Below are positions 11,197-23,095 of a stretch of 64,000 nucleotides of DNA, piece after piece (position 1 is the stretch's first letter; each line of letters starts with the position of its first letter). The notes below the pieces were generated by a model that did not search any database, was not told the DNA's origin, and worked only from the letters and a program-made list of their open reading frames with translations. The stretch spans positions 2,464,001 to 2,528,000 of the forward strand of contig CBDBCZ010000017.1 in assembly GCA_965203295.1 (NCBI GenBank). The letters run 5' to 3'. The DNA is from Nitrospirales bacterium. GTDB lineage: Bacteria; Nitrospirota; Nitrospiria; Nitrospirales; UBA8639. A program made the translations under genes and the position numbers.

Positions 11197-12057
11197 GGCC
11201 GCAATTCCAGACTGCAAGTCTTTATTCTTGATGTCTGGATATGTAGGCTCCTTTGAAGCTAAGGTTAACAGTGAATCAGACCTACGAGTAGCTCCAGAAA
11301 GTGGGATGTACTGTATTGCACTCACTACACTTTCGATCATCACAAGATAATGTGGGCGCAGTTCGGACTTGCATGGTAAATACCCCCCCCCCCCCCCCCC
11401 CCCTTTTGAGCCTATGACACTAGCGCAGGTAAGCCTTTCTTATCAGCGAAATGGCAATTGCAGCAGCACAATACTTTCAAAAAAACAGCATGCAGCTGTA
11501 CTCACCTGCAGGGCTATGTAGTATGTTAAGAGTCCGAGTCGACGGATTCCACATCGGATTCCACAACATGCCTGCATCCAAGTGCAAAATAAATTTACTG
11601 CAGCACTATGCTAATAAAACTACTGCAGCATGCGGTGAATGAAGACACAACCGACAATGTACCTGTACTTGTCTCCCAGTATCCTGCCGTGCTGGCTCTT
11701 GAAGGCGCTTCGTCATCGCTTATCACGATAGGACTACGCATACTAGAACCGGCCATATCTCCGGGCCACTCTGTCTGCTCTCGACTCACGTCCGCCGCGG
11801 ACGTCCCCAGTTTCCAGCCGCACAATCATAGCCGCTAGTTAGAGACCTACAGTACGCACAATGCATGAAAAAAACACAAAACAAAAGAAACACTGTACTA
11901 ATTTCGCACTCCACCATCACATAAAAGTTCACGTTGCAAACTTTGTGATCATGCCCTCTCGTGACAAGCATCCGGCCGTGACACCGCCTATTCCTGGACC
12001 AGTATTCCATTCCAGTATTCCATTCCAGTAGTCCAGTCCAGTCCAGTCCAGTCCAGT

Positions 12058-12460
12058 TAGGCTTGGGCGGATTATGCCGGCATAATTTTGGGAATAATAG
12101 GCACGAAGAAGCATCGAGAATAATGCGGGAATAATAGGGAAGTTTTCGGGAATAATGCGTGTCTTGAACGGAAATATTCGGAATAGATCTCGCCCACCAC
12201 AAACTCTGCATGCGTTTATGGCGTCTAGCAGTGGTTCTGATGGGAGAATGGCTGGTCTACAGCATGCAAATTAGTTTTATTCTGACGTGCTTCAATAGTA
12301 ATAAATTGCGTCACAAGCTAGTCGCTGACATGCTTTTTTTCGATTTTAGTGGGAATAATGCGAGAATAATAGGCAGTCACTCGGGAATAATAGGGCAGTT
12401 TTGTGAGAATCGGGGAATAGAATTATAGGTAACTTTTTGAGCATAATCCGCCCAACCCTA
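12058..12460. mobile_element. hAT-like MITE
   Basis: TIR TAGGCTTGGGCGGATTATGC / GCATAATCCGCCCAACCCTA. 8-bp TSD AGTCCAGT within a (CCAGT)n tract. GGAATAAT subterminal repeats. Confidence 0.85.
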
Positions 12461-13073
12461 AGTCCAGTCCACCGAATTCAGACTCCCACCCCCACCTACG
12501 ATTTTCTGCTCGTCTTGAGCAGAATTACTATATTCATGCGCCACTGAGTGGGGTTGCTGGTGCTGTTTTGGTTGCATGATCACTGGACTTCTCTGTCACG
12601 GCACATCTCATCTTGTCACTGAGGGCAGAATTTTTCCAGCACTGTCTCTGGCATTCGACATCGGCAATGGGCGCACTCCCACTTTTCAGACATCGTAACT
12701 GTGGTTGAAAGGTAGATATAAGCGCAGTCTGGTGTAGCTAGCCCTTCGCGAGCTACATGCAGTTTCGAGTTCTCGCAGCAGCGCTCTCAGCGCTACACGC
12801 TACGCTGTTTATATACCGCATTTCCGCGATCAGACGCCGCGGCTACTGTAGTTAATCCCAGCCCCGCCCACTAAGCGTAGACTCTGGCGCCGGCGCGTAA
12901 TACATGTACAACTCTGATCCTGTTATCAGGATCTCAGCTAGAGTTGCCTAAACTACAGATCACCTGCATAAAGGTTAGTAAAGCAATTGCTCAGGTTCTC
13001 TTTTTAGCGAAGTTGTTAAGATCAGCAAAGGCAAAAATGTAACTTTAGTTCCATGCAAGGGACTATGCTTGTA

Positions 13074-13945
13074 CAGTGGAACCTCCCATAACGGACCCTC
13101 CCACCAGCGGACAACCTCCCTATAAAGGACACTGGCCGTGGCACCGATTGAAATTACTATAGTGCTAATGTATAAGAAACCTCCCACGAGCGGACGCTTC
13201 TTGATTCCGGACAGCGGACAAACTGCGTGCTCCCGACTGCAAAAGTCCGTTGAAAACTGCCTCTTATAACGGACAAATTGGAAGCCACACCCATCGTTCG
13301 TGCATAAACGCGCATAAAGACCGGAAGTTACTCTCGTATTCGTAGTCTAGATGGCAGATTCACTCAATTTATCCCGCCTGAAAACTGACTCACAGCGATA
13401 GTCGAGATCCTGAACGCGTAAGTTCCCAGCAGCTCTTGTTTCTGAGATCGCTGTATAACGTGCCAATCCACATGATCCAGTCGCCCACGCAAGTTGGGCA
13501 AAAACGGGCATAAACGGAACGTTACACGGATATACAGCTGGAGCACGTGATCTTTGACGACACGTGAAAACTCTATTTCGAGTCCATACCCATAAGCGGT
13601 TAGCAAGTGTAGAGATGCTTACACAGTTCAAACCATTCTGGACAGTTATTTTGGCATTGTGGCACCCTATTTGTTATACCACTCAATGTTAACGTCCGAT
13701 AACTCTTTCGACAACATACATGTAGCTTAAATTATTATACAGTCATGTAGCTAGCTATAGCTATGCCTGGTAGATACTTACAGTAGATGACATGGTTTAT
13801 GCTTGAATACATGTCTGGTAGGCATTTGAGTGCTTAAATGTGGCTAGAAATAGCAAATTGAGTCGAACCTCCCACCAGAGGACAACCTCCGAATAAAGGA
13901 CAAAAGCCTTGCTCCCAAAGTGTCCTTTATTCGGAGGTTCCACTG
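13074..13945. mobile_element. pogo/Tigger-like MITE
   Basis: TA|CAGTGGAACCTCC ... GGAGGTTCCACTG|TA, with subterminal GGACAACCTCC repeats. Confidence 0.85.
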
Positions 13946-13947
13946 TA

Positions 13948-14075
13948 TATGTTCCGCGGGTCCCTAACTACGTACAGAAAACTGCGCAATCCCGGGATTG
14001 CGCGCCAAAGTACGGATTCCTATTTTGCGCAGCGCAATCCTAGGATTGCGCAAATTCCTGGTTAGCGCGGAACAT
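13948..14075. mobile_element. Small TA-flanked MITE
   Basis: TATGTTCCGCG ... CGCGGAACATA termini and internal GCGCAATCC-GGATTGCGC palindromes. Confidence 0.65.
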
Positions 14076-15479
14076 ATATATTAAACGAATTGGTGCAGTG
14101 AATGCAGCTCTTCACCTAACAGTCAATAATTCATATTGCTTTCATGAACCAGTCCCTATGACGGTGTAGCTCACTACATACCCACGTGGTATTCTAACTG
14201 TGCCAGCACTCTGCTTCTATTTTAATACAGTAGCTACCCCAAAATCAGAACTCGGCAGCGAGTGGTAGATATATTGAAACTAACCCACAAGTACTAAAAA
14301 AGAATACCCCTTTCCCTCTCTTTCTTAATTGCGCTCTTCCAATCTGCTCATTTTAAACCTACTTTCCACTTCCGTGTATCACATTCCGCACTCATATTGA
14401 AATATAAATGGCAAAATTAGGAGAGTGAATAAAAAGTAAGACTGAAATTTAAGCAAGGAAAGAGATTATCGTGTACCATGATAATATATTGACTGAAATT
14501 CCTCTTTTGACTCCCTAGCCTTAGCAATAATGTTAGCAAGTAGTTGCTTGGGGTCCCTAACTACGTACAGCAAAGAAAGTAGATGAATGAGGTATTGCCT
14601 AGCGTAATAATCTCCTTGAACTTCGGTTGTAGCTACTGGAAGAATCATTTCAGAATAGTTGCACTCACCCATTCAAACTGAAGTTGAACTTGATTGAGCA
14701 ACTGTACATCTACAGAAATTTCTGCAAGTAGCTAGCTACAACAGTATTTAAACTGGGTTTGAGAGGGATCCATCTTGAAAGGATCCTAGCTGTGTCTGTG
14801 TGATACCTATAAAGCACAACTTGAGTCAGTTTAATGGGGATTGATGAACTGTCCTGAACTCAAGCAAATCATCTTACTAAAGACATGATTTCTCAGGTAG
14901 GAGGATTACTAACCATTCAGCAAGTATTTCAGTAAGTGTATAAGACTGCATAGGATACTATGCACTTCTTGATTTCCTTACTAAGCGGAGATTGCAAACC
15001 ATGTCACTTTGATACCTGCAGCTGTCTTCCTCATACAATTGTACTATGAACCTGATTCCAGCATTAGCTAGCAGTCACTGGTATATTGATTGAAGGGCTT
15101 CCAAAGATCTAGGTTCTATGAGCATCTCTAAAGGAAAATTATTTTGCAAGCATAGACAGTAGAGTATCAGATTATTATTCTGTGTTGTAATTAACCCAAA
15201 CGATAAGCCAGGTAGCAATTTCATATTGATTGGAATTCTCTTTCTACAACCACGAATTCGATGTCTCAAAACTTTCATCTTCAAAGGAATGCTGACGTTT
15301 CAACTGCTGTGCTGCTGTCTCCATCAGGGCAGTCATCAATACAGTAGCTACAGGCCAAACAAAAGCATGACTGTGAAAAAAAACTGTGAGGGAAAGCCTG
15401 GGTACCAAGCTAGGGAAGCCCTAATAGTTTTTAAGTCTAGAGGGGCGGGGGGGTTAATTAGTAACAAAGTAAACACTAG

Positions 15480-16150
15480 AGGTCTCTAGCAGAGACATAC
15501 CCCGCGCTCCTGGACCCTGCAGACTGTAGCGCCGTATGCGAGCTGTAGGCGTGGTTGATCGCCGTAGTAATGATACATGCGTTTCTCTACGTATACTCCA
15601 GTATGCTTTCTATCTGAATATCTCTTCTAAGCTCCATGTTGAATAAAAGACTCGCATACCATACTCGAGGGCTCGCGTATGTCCGTATTCAAGCTGTAGG
15701 CGTGACCAACTTGCCGTATTAAAAAATGGTGGAACACACCGATAATCAGAAACAGCGTGGAAATGCCGATAATAAAACCGCTTTCTACTATATCAGGTAC
15801 AGACAGGCTAATGTATCACGGATTTCAGCGTTTGTCTTTTGTTTAGAAGTCGTTATAGCCTCTAAATCGCCCGTTTGAGAGATTTTTCAAATTTTTTTAT
15901 GACAGACAACGACAACGACGACAACAGACGGACAAAACCGATTACTTAACCCCGCTTGCGCATACGCGCGCGGGGTAATAAATCAGCTTCATTGCCACTG
16001 TTTAATTACCCCGCGGCGCGTAGGCGGCGGCGGGGTTAAGCAATTGGTTCTGTCTGTCCGTCCGTCTGTCCGTCTGTCAGGTGTCTGTCCACTCAAAAAT
16101 CGGACGCGATTTACGGGGTTAAACGATTGCTAAACACGACAGTAACATTG
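15480..16150. mobile_element. Two head-to-head DINE-1/HINE-like elements
   Basis: Hairpins AACCCCGC..GCGGGGT (~15949-15977) and ACCCCGC..GCGGGGTT (~16008-16038), each next to a (GTCY)n / (GACA)n tract, in opposite orientations. Confidence 0.5.
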
Positions 16151-16389
16151 AACTAGTTTTCAGAGTATTGATGGTATGCACCATGCATGCATTAATTCTC
16201 CTTTAACCAGGATAGTGAAGATCTCGATGCCAAGATATCAGGTGCACTGTTAAAACTGGGGTGTAGCTGTTACACTACAGGGTGTAAGTAAATGTAGGGA
16301 TAGAGGTGAAAGTATAGTACATTGGTGTAGAGTGAATGAAAAGGGTGTAAGTTGAAGGCAAGGTAGTATTGTATGATGTAATGCTAATT

Positions 16390-19300
16390 AACACGTTGAA
16401 ATTAAGCATATAAAGATATTGAAATGTAGACGAGTGTCTATGTTGTCGAAAACGCTTACAATGACCAGAAACATTCCCGAAATTATACTAACAATAATTA
16501 TTAAGGTCACAAAATGCAGTGTATACAATTTGTCAGAAACGTTCACAACGAGCACAAACGTCCCCGAAATTCAAGCACATGCAGCGATTGAGCATAATAT
16601 TGATGTTATTGTAAATGCAGTACAAGTGTTACAGTATCTACTTTGTCACAAACGCTTACAAAGTAACAGACCTACCAGCTATCACATGTTAGTCATAGAA
16701 CAAAGATAGCCATTGTTGTAATTGTTACAAAATATTAGAGTCAGACTTGTACCCAGAGACACCATTGTTTGGAAAACTGTATAAATAGTCCGTTGCATTA
16801 TGTGCATGTGAGTGATGTGATGTGTATACGTGCTACACTGGATACTGGAGTTGAGTTCTATATTATACTGAAGTTGAGTTTTGCGAAGAACCCGGCCCGC
16901 GACAAGTGGGGGAGAAATATCGAGCTGTTGACAGCACAATTTGCCGAACTGCGGCATGGCGGAAGACGGCGTCAGACGCAGGAGAGTGCCCGTGCTCCAG
17001 AGAGGCATAACGCCGAGCCAGCCGGGAGAGCACAGAGACTGGCCCAGGAGACTACTGGAGTCCAGAGAAGCTCTCCGCCTCTCATCAAATGCCCTGAGGC
17101 TGTGTCTCGAGGTGAGCAATTAAGTATACAGTCATCTCTGCAATTTGCGCATATTTTGAATAGTATTTACCCAATGGCATCTGCCACCATTACCTGAATT
17201 CTCCCGAGAATCAAACACATACAAAGGCATTGGAGATGTAGTGCATGTGTTTGGTCATGATCAGAAACACTTAAACAGAGCAGAAACGCTCCCAAAATTC
17301 AAACACAATGATTTTGCATATGCATTATCACTAACTGACAGACAGATACAGCCGAGATACGCTCCCAAAATTCAAACAAAGATCAGCATAATTACAATAC
17401 AATTGAAAATGCAGTGGTTATACCTTGTATATCTTGTCAGAAGCGCTCACAATGAGCTGAAACGCTTCCAAAATTCAGGCACAATGGTATAATGTATAAT
17501 GGTATTGAAAATGCTGTATATGTATGAACACAAACGCTCGCAAAGAGCAGCAACTCACCCAAAAAATGATTATATCAAGGTATTGAAAATGCAGTGTATA
17601 TGTCTTGTCAGAAATTTTCAAAAGGAGCAGAAACGTGCCCGAATTTTAAACACAATGATTTGGCATATTAAAGTATTGAAAATGTAGGATATATCTCTTG
17701 TCAGAAACGTTACAAAGATCAGAGACTTTTCAAAAATTCAAACACAATGACATAATATATAAAGATATTGAAAATACGGTGTGTATATCTTGTCAGAAAC
17801 ACTTACAGAGAATATAAACGTGCTCAAAATTCGAAAAACGATGACTTAGCATAACCTGGCATAGAAAATGCAGTGTATATTCTCATCAGAAACGCTCACA
17901 ACGAGCTGAAACGCCCCTAAAATTCAAACACAATGTTTTAGTATAAACTAATGTATAAATATTCAGTTGAATAATTGAAAATGCACTTCATGTATCTTGT
18001 CAAAAATGTTCACAAAGTGCAGAAGCGCTCCTGAAATCATTTTGGCTCTAATGGTAATAGTGAAAATGTAGTGCAAGTATCTAGTCGAAAAAGATTACTA
18101 ATTTCTAAGAGCTAAACTGTTCCCAAAATTCAAACGCAATGATTTAGGATACAAAACTACTGAAAGTGCAGTGGATATATCTGGTCAGAAACGCTTACAA
18201 AGAGCAAAAACGCTCCCGAACTTCAAACACTATGATTTAGCATATAATGGCATTAAAACTGCAGTGTATATATCTTGTCAGAAACGATCTCGAAATTCCA
18301 ACATAGCGAAATTGCAATTAAAGGAATTGAAAATGCAGTGCATGTACCTTGAATGTTATAAATGATTACAAAGAGCAGAATGCTTTCGAAATTCAAAAAC
18401 AATCATTTAGCACATAAAGAAATTGAAAATGCTGTGTATATATCTTGCATAAACGGTCACGAAGACTACAAACTTTCTGAAGTTCAAGCTCAATGATTTC
18501 GCATATAAAAGACGGTGTATATATATATTGTCAGTAATGCTTACTAAGAGCAGAAATGCTTCCGAATTTTGAACACAATGAATTTGCATACAAAACTTTT
18601 GAAAATGCAGCATGCATGTGTCTTGTCATGAACGCTTACAAATAGCAGAAATGCTCCCAATTTTCAAATACAATGGTTTAGCGCGCCTATGTAATTATTG
18701 CAAATGCAGTCGTCAGAAACGCTCACGATGAGCAGAAACCTTCCCGAAATGTAAGTACAATGACATAGCATAAAAACGCATGCATTTGAAATGCAGTTTA
18801 TATGTCCTATCAGAAACGCTTACAAATAGTAGAAGCTTTCCGAAAGGTTCAAAATGAGCAGAAACGTGCCCGAATTCCAAACACATTAATTAGCCTATAA
18901 AAGTATTGAAAATGCAGTTTATGTATGTTGTCACAAACGCTAACATAGAGCAGGAATGCTCCCGAAATTCAAACTCAATAGTTAGCATATAATGGCATTG
19001 AAAATGCAGTGTTAATACCTTGTCAGAATCGCTTACGGAGAGCAGAAATGCTCCCGATATATAACCACAATCATTTAGCATATAATAATATAAGTGTATT
19101 GAAGATTCGGTGGACATTATAATCATGTCAGAAACGTTGAAAACGAGCAGCAACGTGACTGAATTTCAAACCATATAAGGGTATTTAAAATGTAGTGTAC
19201 ATAACTTGTCAGAAACGTTCATCACAAGTAGAAACGTCCCAAAAATTCAAACACAATGATTGAACATATAATGCTATTGCTAATGCAGTGTATATATGTT

Positions 19301-19900
19301 GTCACAAACGCTTACAAAGAGCAGCAACACTCAAACACAATGATATAGAGTAGGGCATTGCAAATGTATAGTGCATGTGTTTTGTCAGAAATGCTTACGA
19401 AGAGCAGAAACGTTCCCGAAATTTAAAACACAATGCTTCAGCATGATATAATTGTAGTGAAATGCTGTGTATAGTCTTGTTAGAAACGCTTGAAATGAGC
19501 AGAAACGTTCCCAAAGTATAAACGCAATGATTTAGCATACAAGGGTATTGAAAATAAAGTGTATATATCTCGCCAGAAACATGCACAATGAGCAGAAACA
19601 TTCCCGAAATTAAAATGCAAAGATTTAGGATAAAATGGTATAAAATGCAGTGTGTTTGTCCTGTAAAAAACGCTGACAAAGAGCGAAACTTTCCCCAAAG
19701 TCAAACACAGTAATTTTGCCTATAATGGTTTTTAAAATGCAGTGCATGTATCGTATCAGAAAGTTTTATAAGAGGTACAATCATTCCCGAAATTGAAACT
19801 CAAAAATTAGGATATGAAACAAGTATTGGAAGTATGCTGGTTATGTCTCTTATCAGAAGCTCTGAAAAGATGAGACGCTCCCAAATTCAAACGCGTCTAC
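16390..19900. repeat. Diverged tandem satellite, ~92-bp unit, roughly 30 copies, interrupted at ~16700-17200
   Basis: Recurring TATTGAAAATGCAGTGTATAT.TCTTGTCAGAAACGCTTACAAAGAGCAGAAACG.TCCCGAAATTCAAACACAATGATTTAGCATA. Unit starts at 17581, 17674 and 17766. Confidence 0.9.
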
Positions 19901-20207
19901 GTAAGTTCATCATACAACACAGAAAAATTTCTCTCCCTTCTCTTCATATGCGATGTTGTGTGTATGGGCATGTACATGTGTCTAACTTACTGTGTAAAAC
20001 ACATGTACATGATTGTCCATATACACTAACACAGAATGTATTAAAAAGGTGATTAATTCCTTCAAAAACTGTAAATATGTACAGTTGCTGTCAGATTGTA
20101 AACTATTTGTAGGTATATATCATTTCAATGTCAAGTGTATTATTTATAGCTATTTTCCCAGAATAGCAAAAGCTCATACACTAACCCCTGGGAAGATGCT
20201 GTCCATG

Positions 20208-20576
20208 TGTTGAGCCTTTCTTGGAATCAATACTTGAGAGTAAGTGTCGGTCTAGACAGGCTAGACTTCGGGTTCGCTATGCTGACTACAACGCTTGAAG
20301 CATGCAGACTGAATCTACCATGCGGATAACTGAACAGTTTCAGAGTCAAAACTTTACTTCAACAGTAGCAGTGATAGACAGCAAAAACTTGAGCGGACTG
20401 AAAGTGTGAGAGGGTACAAGTGTGAAAAAAAACAGAGGCCTTACTAGTGCACAGATCAAAATGAAGCCAATGACATAATGGCGGCGGGTGTCGCACAAAG
20501 AACTATTGAAGTAAAGACAGTGACATAAACATTACATACACTAAATAAATCTAGAGAGTCCTAACTGAGCAAAACA
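20208..20576. mobile_element. Solo LTR (369 bp) inserted in an ATR exon
   Basis: TGTT...AACA termini with a 5-bp TSD CCATG (20203-20207 and 20577-20581). The empty site is seen in the paralogous exon at ~43428-43501. Confidence 0.85.
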
Positions 20577-21129
20577 CCATGTTCAAGGACAATGTTTGTC
20601 AGGTACATTAACTTGTAGGCCTTGTCTGCTATTGGATATGACCTTAACTGGGAATCTTGGTACATGTTTTGTAGTTTCTTGTGGAGGTACTACATCAGAA
20701 GAAGGGTTTCATTTTGAAGGCAGACAAAAAAGAACCATTCTATCAGGTGCTTGTGTAGACCTATGAAGACTTCCTCATGTTGTGAAATGCAGAGTTTCCT
20801 TGCAAGGTCTTGCAATGTTCTAACATAGCTTTCTTGCAGAATTTTGTAAGTTATCTAGCAGACTTCTTGCAGGACTCACAAGGATTTTGGCCGCTTCTTG
20901 CATGATCTTGCATTTTATTTCTTGCAAGCCCTTGTGTTAAAATTTGCGTGACTCATAGAAAAATCCTGCAAGATCTGGTGCAAGAACCTTGCAAGACATT
21001 CATCAGCTTCCTTATATATTGACTCCAGTTGCCCTGGATAACAATAGATAATTATGTATATAATACGTATTTCTGTCTTATATGATTTCTGTATTATAAG
21101 CTTGCTATTGTTTGGTGCGTTCTATGTGA

Positions 21130-21345
21130 CCATTATCCAGTGTTGTGAGCATTTTCTGATAGTTGTGAGCATTTTCTGGAGTTGTAAGCATTTTCTGATA
21201 TAGTTGTGAGCAATATCCAGTGTTGTGAGTACTTTCAGGGGTTATGAGCAATATCCAGTGTTGTGAGCAATTTCTGGAGTTGTGAGCAATATCCAGTGTT
21301 GTGAGCAATTTCTGGAGTTGTGAGCATTTTGTGGAGCTGTGACCA
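21130..21345. repeat. Minisatellite, ~19-20-bp units
   Basis: Alternating GTTGTGAGCAATATCCAGT / GTTGTGAGCAATTTCTGGA units. Confidence 0.85.
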
Positions 21346-22034
21346 TTGTCGTAATGGGCAGCAGAAAGATCTCAACATTGCATCCAGATTTGAAGGTGTT
21401 GCAGATGTGTGTATATGTTTATGTGGGTGTACATACATGTACGTGTATAGCCATTTGATTACCAGTTATATAAATAAAACCAGGGTGTATTAATAACAGC
21501 CAGAGCTCTGTATTGTGCATGATGTGAATACAGAAAAGGGGAAAGTTAATTTGTAACATGTTTTTGACATCCACTTTGCACTTTCAGTCTGAGGGAGACT
21601 TTGAGATGACCACTCTGCTTCGATCAAATATGAAGAATATCCTCAATCTCCTACTACTCCACTTGAGCACTCACAGGGAGAGAGTACTGACTGGGATAAA
21701 GATGCTTGCAGAGATGAACCAGTTGGCTGGAGAGGAGAAGCCACTGCAAATGGACAGTGAGAAGCAGATGGTGAGTTGGCATTGTCTTTACTGTGCCACC
21801 AGTGGAAGTGGCGTAGGTCAGAGTCTGAAGAAATATCTTTCATAGCAAATATTATTTGTGAGAGCTGCACGAAACTGTTCACAACGTTTCATCAAACCAC
21901 TCTCATTGCAAATATTCACTTGTGAACTTTCCTGAAACTTCACAAAGGATACATGTAGCTATATCCATGTACGTGAAGCTTCAGTCCAGAACAGTTTGCA
22001 TAATAGAGTTAATAACACCAGGTACATGTATACT

Positions 22035-23095
22035 GAGACGCACTAGCACTGAATCCATAAATTCCCGGAAGTGAGCAGAGGCTTCGATCGCTAGTACAGA
22101 CCGTTCACATTTTGATTGAAAGTTTGGTGTTCCGCCTTGCTTGGTTCTGGAGCTATAACCTTCCAAGGTTTAAATTCTGACATAGCTATGATTAGACAAA
22201 TGTATGTATTGTCGGACTCCGTTCCATGTTTCTTCCCTAAAGTAACTTCGCGTGACCTTATTTGGAAGCCCCACTACCATACTGCTGCATGCCAACTTTT
22301 CGCCATGGTATCTGCTTTGAGCAGGGAGGGGTGCTGCTGAATGTAGAGCCGTATCACCCTCTCTGTAGTCGGACAGAGAATTTCGTCTTTATTTGGTGTA
22401 GAGACCCAAAAACACTCTCTAACACTAAGGATTTGGATATTGTTGTTAAGTACAGGTGCTTAGCATCACAACAGTGCAAGCCCGATGTTTATACATTGCA
22501 TGGTTCTCGAGATAGAGAGAGATAGAGTCATTTATTTTAAAACTTATGATGCTGAATTAAGGCTTTTAGTGGATGAAATTTTAGGAATTAAGGCTTTTAG
22601 TGGATGAAATCAGATAAAACAGTTCTATCTCAGGAAGGACACAACGTATAAACAATAGACTTGAACTTTTGTGTTGCTAAGTGTCTGTACATTCCCATCC
22701 TAACATTAGAGAGTGTTGTGGGGTCTCTACACCGAAAAAGGAACAAATTCACTGTCCGATAGTGGAGAGAGTGACACGTACGTCTCTACATTCAGCAGCA
22801 CCCCTCAGTGCTCAAAGCAGCTACGATGGCGAAAGGTTGGCATGCAGCAGCATAGTAGTGGGGCTTCCCAATATATAAAGAAAGGTCACTGGAAGTTACT
22901 TCAGGGAGGAAACATGGAACGAAGTCCAATAATACATACATTTGTCTGATCATAGCTTTGTCAGAATTCAAACTTCGGAAGGCAAACAACGAAGGAACAC
23001 CAAAATTTCAACTTGAAGTGCGAAGGTTCTGTACTGTCAAGTGAATGCTCAGCCCACTTCCGATAGTTTACATGCTCAGCGCTAGCGTGTCTGAT
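22035..23095. mobile_element. Foldback-like element with diverged ~400-bp inverted arms
   Basis: 22035-22430 is a diverged reverse complement of 22700-23095. ORFs 22116+ and 22989- translate to near-identical peptides (NSD.AMIRQMYVL). Confidence 0.75.

Noticed and set aside
16390..19900. Several 60-95 aa ORFs within the satellite
   Set aside because: Chance frames in a diverged ~92-bp repeat.
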